A program made the translations under genes and the position numbers. Shown in pieces: positions 57,495 through 62,160 of a stretch of 62,160 nucleotides of DNA. The DNA comes from a virus (Duplodnaviria; Caudoviricetes): positions 1-62,160 of IMG/VR virus record IMGVR_UViG_3300032753_000025. One strand, given 5' to 3'. Below the pieces are notes generated by a model that searched no databases, was not told the DNA's origin, and was given only the letters and a program-made list of their open reading frames with translations. Positions within the stretch are counted from its first letter, which is position 1; every line of letters begins with the position of its first letter.

Positions 57495-59675
57495 TTAAGC
57501 GGCGTCCCGCTTTCCGCTATGCGGAATGTTGGATACTACATCAAGTGCGTGATCAATAACAGAGCCGCCGTCTTTACGAAGAGACGTTTTTTCCTGAATG
57601 AAACTATTTAATACGTCTTGCGGGTCCATATTTGTTTTACGCGCCGTGTCGTAGATTTTATCTTGGAAGAACCCAAGAAATGGTTTTGTCTCGTCTGACT
57701 TAAGGCCAGTGATATCATGGCCGCCTACCCATGCAGACGCCTGGGCTTGTGCAGGCGTTAGTCCGCTTTCTAACCCAAGTCTTTTATACAGCCCTTCAAG
57801 GGCCCCGTATTCATTGTCTCTAGGGAATGCCGACCATGCCACTGGGTCAGATACAAGGTCTTCCATAGACCTTTCACCGCTTTTAAAAAGATCTTGATAG
57901 TTAATCGGCGTAATTGCTTTGGCTATAGCTCCGCCTTTGTCATACCCGCGGCGTCTTTCTGCTAACGCCTGGCGTCCTGAAAACAATGGCGCGACTGAGT
58001 AGGTCCAAAGCGCCAGGCGGCGGAAGAAAGCTTCGTCGTCAGCGCGTGGGATAGCACCACCCGCGGCGTAGCCAGAGCCTGGCGGCATAAGTTTGCCAAG
58101 TAGTTTAGCGACTGCGCCGCCTTTGTCTTTGTGTGGGATCGGATTTTTTTGCAACTCTCTGGCTAACTCAACAGCACGGTCTCGCTCTGCTTCCCACTTT
58201 GGATTTGCAACTTGATGCATTAAGTCACGCGCTGGGGCCCTAACAATAACTGGATAGTCCGGATCAAATGGATAGGCGTTTCTTCTTTCTGCCGCGGACA
58301 TGCCCAGACGCTCTCCAGGCAGCCTGGCTGTGTATTCTCCTAATGACCTAAGATATTCTTGAAATGGATCTGGGGCAGTCTGTCTTGCAGTAACAATTTT
58401 ATTTTGAGTGTCCCTCATGTCGTCGAAAAGACTTTCTATATCTTTCTTTACATAAGGCAACGGCTGAGGGCCAATGTCTATATTATGCTGCTTGGCAAAC
58501 ATAATTGCTGATATTGGATCGCTTAATTCTGGGTTTTGTTTCATTAGCGATCGGAGCGTAATAGCGCCTTGCATGGACCGCAATTTTTCCTCAAGCGGGA
58601 TCATTATTGATTGATGAGCACGCTGAAAGTCTTCTGAGTTTTGACCGGGAGACATGCCTTCAACGCGCTGTATTCGATGCTGATGCTCGTGAAGTAAATT
58701 TTCCAGCAAGTCTCTTTCACTCAGTCGTATGTTAGAGCCAATCTGATCCCCTGTGGCATTGAAATATCCACGCTCTTTCTCCGGGTTTGTCCGTGGAAGA
58801 TACGGAGTGAGCTTTGTAGAATAGGAAGACGGATAAAGGTCAAACAAATCAGGGTGAGACAATACGTCTCCCAGAGATAGATTTGTATTCCCAGCCCTGA
58901 ACTTCTCAAGTCCTTCTGGAATTATTCTTGCGCCCTCATCCGACAGTTCGCTAACCATGTGACCAGATGGATCTGGCGTCCATCCGTGTTCCTTGAAAAC
59001 CTCGTGAGGATTTCTGCCGTGTATGAGAGTAGCCGCCTCCGCCTCTCTCATTGCCTTTTGAATAGCGGGAGACATAAATGCTCTTTTACTAAAGAAGCTT
59101 GCCTCTGCGTCTTCTGGCGTCATGCCTGCGGCTGCGGCTGCACCTGCCGCTGCTGCCTTGCCCGGTGCGCCAAGGATAGCCTTGCCAACGCTCTGAGCTG
59201 CGCCTTTAGCAGCCTTCCACGGCACGCCAAGGGCTGACAACGCAAGGTTAGCCACGTCCAGCCCTGACGTTAGATAATCGCCTTTATTTACTGCCTCACG
59301 AAACTCCGGCGACGCAATGTCATGAACCGCATTCGCCATGTCGTATAGCGCTAATCCTTCACCTACGACTGGGATGTTATACGCGGCGAGATGGCCAAGA
59401 CCTTTTGCGCCCTCCTGCCACGCCTTCACTGCCTCACGGTCGTATTGCGGCAGCTGCGGCTCGTCTTTGTTTAGCTGATGCTGAACGAACTCATGCGCGC
59501 TAGAAAATGGTCTGTCTCTATTTCTCTCCAGCGCGGCGCTGGCGGTCTTGTAAAGATTTTGATCGATTATCGGAGACACGTCGTAGGCCGACCGTGCCTG
59601 AACCTGCGGGTCGTCAGGGCCAAACGATACTTCGCCCGTCAATCCGTCTTGTGGCTTCTCCGATAGATCGTCCAT
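57495..59675 (-). CDS. Polyvalent protein with LPD23-like region and zincin (HExxH) domain
   Basis: GW.......ELSD, L.DVL.HPDLF.LYP, LLHEHQHRIQRVEG, Y....GE..AR; xxGG-delimited segments. Confidence 0.7.
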   Translation of the reverse strand: MDDLSEKPQDGLTGEVSFGPDDPQVQARSAYDVSPIIDQNLYKTASAALERNRDRPFSSAHEFVQHQLNKDEPQLPQYDREAVKAWQEGAKGLGHLAAYNIPVVGEGLALYDMANAVHDIASPEFREAVNKGDYLTSGLDVANLALSALGVPWKAAKGAAQSVGKAILGAPGKAAAAGAAAAAGMTPEDAEASFFSKRAFMSPAIQKAMREAEAATLIHGRNPHEVFKEHGWTPDPSGHMVSELSDEGARIIPEGLEKFRAGNTNLSLGDVLSHPDLFDLYPSSYSTKLTPYLPRTNPEKERGYFNATGDQIGSNIRLSERDLLENLLHEHQHRIQRVEGMSPGQNSEDFQRAHQSIMIPLEEKLRSMQGAITLRSLMKQNPELSDPISAIMFAKQHNIDIGPQPLPYVKKDIESLFDDMRDTQNKIVTARQTAPDPFQEYLRSLGEYTARLPGERLGMSAAERRNAYPFDPDYPVIVRAPARDLMHQVANPKWEAERDRAVELARELQKNPIPHKDKGGAVAKLLGKLMPPGSGYAAGGAIPRADDEAFFRRLALWTYSVAPLFSGRQALAERRRGYDKGGAIAKAITPINYQDLFKSGERSMEDLVSDPVAWSAFPRDNEYGALEGLYKRLGLESGLTPAQAQASAWVGGHDITGLKSDETKPFLGFFQDKIYDTARKTNMDPQDVLNSFIQEKTSLRKDGGSVIDHALDVVSNIPHSGKRDAA

Positions 59676-59677
59676 GA

Positions 59678-62059
59678 TTATTGACCCTCAAACGGCGGTT
59701 CGTCTTCTTTACTCTCAAGGACCTTCATCATGTTCGGGTCAATAACCTTCTTCATGATCTGAAGACCATTAGGCGTCTTCATCACGTCTTGCGCAAGTTT
59801 AACTGCCGCAATGCGTTCAGCGCTTTCGCGGTCTTTGCGACGGTTCCAATTGTCCAGCGCGTTTTCTTTGTCGTTCATCATTTCGGTGCGCATGTCCGAC
59901 ATGATGTCCATTTTCTTCATCTGCAGGTCAGCGTCTTTTTGCTTCAGCTCTGCCTGCTTCAGTTGCGCGTCAATCAGTTTGTTCGGGTCAAGCGGCACGC
60001 CTTGCTGTCCTTGACCGTCTTTTGCAATGTTGGCTTGCGTCTCTGCAATCTTGGCTTGCGCAAGCATTTGCTTGGTGTTCGCGTCTTGCTGCTTAACCTT
60101 GATCTCTTCCATTGCAACCATAAGCTCAGGCGGTGGCGGTGGAGGCGGTTGAGGCGCGGCCATAAATTGCTCTGGATTACTCCAGCCAATTGCCTTCATT
60201 GCGGCGCGGTCAATTGCAATAGCGTCAAACATCCCAGGGTTTGATTGCTGCAATTGTTTGAGCGCCATGACCTTCATCACGCGCTGCGTGTGTGACGCTG
60301 TATTCGGATCTGCCTGCGGCACTAGCTCGTAATTGTTGATCGCTTGAGAAAAGATCTGCTCGTTCCACTGAAGCGACGGTCCCTTTAACTTCTTCCAGAA
60401 ACTGTCTGGATGCTCCCGAAAGCATCGAACCAAAAGCTGGAACTCGTCTGCCTGCGCCGAATGCATTCTCTTGTGAACGGCGTTTAATACTTTTGTCGCT
60501 TGATCGATGAGCGCCAGTGTTGTGCCTACAGGCGCATCCTGCCTGCCCTCGCCAACATTCAGTTCGCTTGTGCCGCCAACCCTCTGGCCAGTCTCGACAA
60601 CATTTTGAACTAAGTTCATCAGCGCTTGGCCCGGCTCCTTGTAAGGAAGCGGCATGATCGCTTGACTGATTGGCAGTCCGCCCGTCTTCACTAATGCTCC
60701 GCCGCCCGGAGGCACGCGGAATATGTTGGTGTTTTGTCTCGCGCCCGTGTCGGCCATGAGAAAGCCGGGGAAATTCGCATACATTCCCGCGTCGAGCATC
60801 TCTCGCCATGCGGCGGTTACGGCGTTAGTCGTATTGCCAAGAATGTGCAAGAGACCAATGTCATAAAAACCCAAGCCTGGAACAAATGTGAACTTGACGA
60901 AGTTGCTGCGCGCTTCAGGCAGCTCGTTGCCTTCTTCACCGTTTGGCTCATCGTAGTTCCTTACAATCGAAAGGATCTGTCTGGTCGACACATCGATTGT
61001 AACACGATAAGGGATCTCAAGTCCTGTAATCTTTCCTTTATATTTATGCTCAAAGCCAGGAATATCTAACTCGCAATAGATCTCGTAGATCTCTCTGTCG
61101 CGATCGTCTGGATTTGCTGCCTCAACAGATATGCCTTGCTGGTCTGCTTTCTCACGCTGCACGGCGTCTTTCTGCTCCATGCGCGGCGTGGACAAGTCAA
61201 TGTCGCGATAAACGCCAAGGATCTGCAAACGCTTTACTGTTGATGATCGCATGTAGACGCGGTGTGTGATGCGCTTTGCGTCTTCCAATGTTGTCGCGGC
61301 GTTATTGACGATCAGGTCGTCAGCGTCGACCGTCTCGCTGACTGGACGTCCGCGCAACGGACAGAAGTAAACCTTCTTAAATGCCGTGCCGCCAAAGCCT
61401 AGCATGAACAACATGCGGTCAGTATCTGGGTAATACTCTTTGGCAACCGCGGTCAGGTAATGATTAAGATCCTTCTCTAATGCGTCTGCCAAGCTGTCTT
61501 CTTGAATTGACGTATTGACGCTGTCAACGCGGACCTTGACCGGCCCGTCTGTCGGCAGCATCTCGCTGCGGCTGTTGGCCTGGAAGCGCAGCACTGCCTC
61601 AAGCAGTAGCGGGTGACGCACGCGGCTCATGCCGTCGACTGGAGCTCCGTCTGCCGCGCCTTGCAATTGCGGGACCTCTATCTTGAGGCCAAGAAGCTTG
61701 ATGCCTTGCGCGCGGTCTTCAATCCAGTCCTGCCGGCTATCCATGTCGTCCTGGACGCCACGGAGCAGTTCGTCGGCGATTGTGCCAAGAGCCCCGTCGT
61801 CGATGTCGTCGACCAGGTTCTCAAACCATTCGCGGGCACGCTCTGCCTCTGACGTCTCTTCGACCGCCCGCCCATCCAGCGATATGCTGACAGAGCCGTC
61901 TTCGTGCTCAATGCGGATGACATTGCCTTTGTCGTCTAGCTGACGGTCTGGCTTGCCTTCTTCAATCTCAACGAGGATGTCTTCTGCGGCACCAAGGCCC
62001 GCCTGGGGCTCCTCCTGCGGCATGCGGATATTCGGATTAAGCCCCGGTGTCATAGGCAT
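59678..62059 (-). CDS. Portal protein
   Basis: SR.DW, HPLL.EA..RFQA, G.AFKKVY, PG.GFY.IGL.H..G, PVGTT.AL..Q; adjacent to terL across the junction. Confidence 0.9.
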   Translation of the reverse strand: MPMTPGLNPNIRMPQEEPQAGLGAAEDILVEIEEGKPDRQLDDKGNVIRIEHEDGSVSISLDGRAVEETSEAERAREWFENLVDDIDDGALGTIADELLRGVQDDMDSRQDWIEDRAQGIKLLGLKIEVPQLQGAADGAPVDGMSRVRHPLLLEAVLRFQANSRSEMLPTDGPVKVRVDSVNTSIQEDSLADALEKDLNHYLTAVAKEYYPDTDRMLFMLGFGGTAFKKVYFCPLRGRPVSETVDADDLIVNNAATTLEDAKRITHRVYMRSSTVKRLQILGVYRDIDLSTPRMEQKDAVQREKADQQGISVEAANPDDRDREIYEIYCELDIPGFEHKYKGKITGLEIPYRVTIDVSTRQILSIVRNYDEPNGEEGNELPEARSNFVKFTFVPGLGFYDIGLLHILGNTTNAVTAAWREMLDAGMYANFPGFLMADTGARQNTNIFRVPPGGGALVKTGGLPISQAIMPLPYKEPGQALMNLVQNVVETGQRVGGTSELNVGEGRQDAPVGTTLALIDQATKVLNAVHKRMHSAQADEFQLLVRCFREHPDSFWKKLKGPSLQWNEQIFSQAINNYELVPQADPNTASHTQRVMKVMALKQLQQSNPGMFDAIAIDRAAMKAIGWSNPEQFMAAPQPPPPPPPELMVAMEEIKVKQQDANTKQMLAQAKIAETQANIAKDGQGQQGVPLDPNKLIDAQLKQAELKQKDADLQMKKMDIMSDMRTEMMNDKENALDNWNRRKDRESAERIAAVKLAQDVMKTPNGLQIMKKVIDPNMMKVLESKEDEPPFEGQ

Positions 62060-62160
62060 GATTAATCGCCTTGCTTCTCTACAAGCTTCCCAATCTCTTC
62101 AACGAAACGGTCAAGCCCCTCACGAGCCGCCAGATTATCAGATTTTGCGGCAATCTCATA
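61907..62160. repeat. Direct terminal overlap, copy 2
   Basis: Matches 1..254 with one mismatch. Confidence 0.95.

Overview
Apparently complete, circularly assembled ~61.9-kb genome of a tailed (podovirus-like) dsDNA phage. A 254-bp direct overlap (1..254 = 61907..62160, one mismatch) joins the ends. GcrA and GapR homologues and apparent GANTC avoidance point to an alphaproteobacterial host. The layout is: packaging genes (terL, terS); a + strand early region with sigma70-like promoters carrying a palindromic operator, a clamp-like protein, a UvrD helicase and a type II hammerhead ribozyme; a replication module (prim-pol/helicase, iteron origin, RuvC, PD-(D/E)XK nuclease, SSB); and a long - strand morphogenesis operon (portal, GroES, scaffold, capsid, adaptors, collagen-like fibre with glycosylation genes, lysis, nozzle, ejection proteins, tail fibre). 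I found no integrase, tRNA, CRISPR array or reverse transcriptase. The most unusual signal is a short x-x-x-G-G-x-[V/I] motif repeated about 25 times across 6-7 putative internal/ejected virion proteins, together with a stand-alone candidate 'reader' protein. Other notable elements are the ribozyme, two structured mRNA leaders in the head module, and a GGAAGT half-site shared by the promoters and the origin. All assignments are from motif recognition by eye; no database searches were run.
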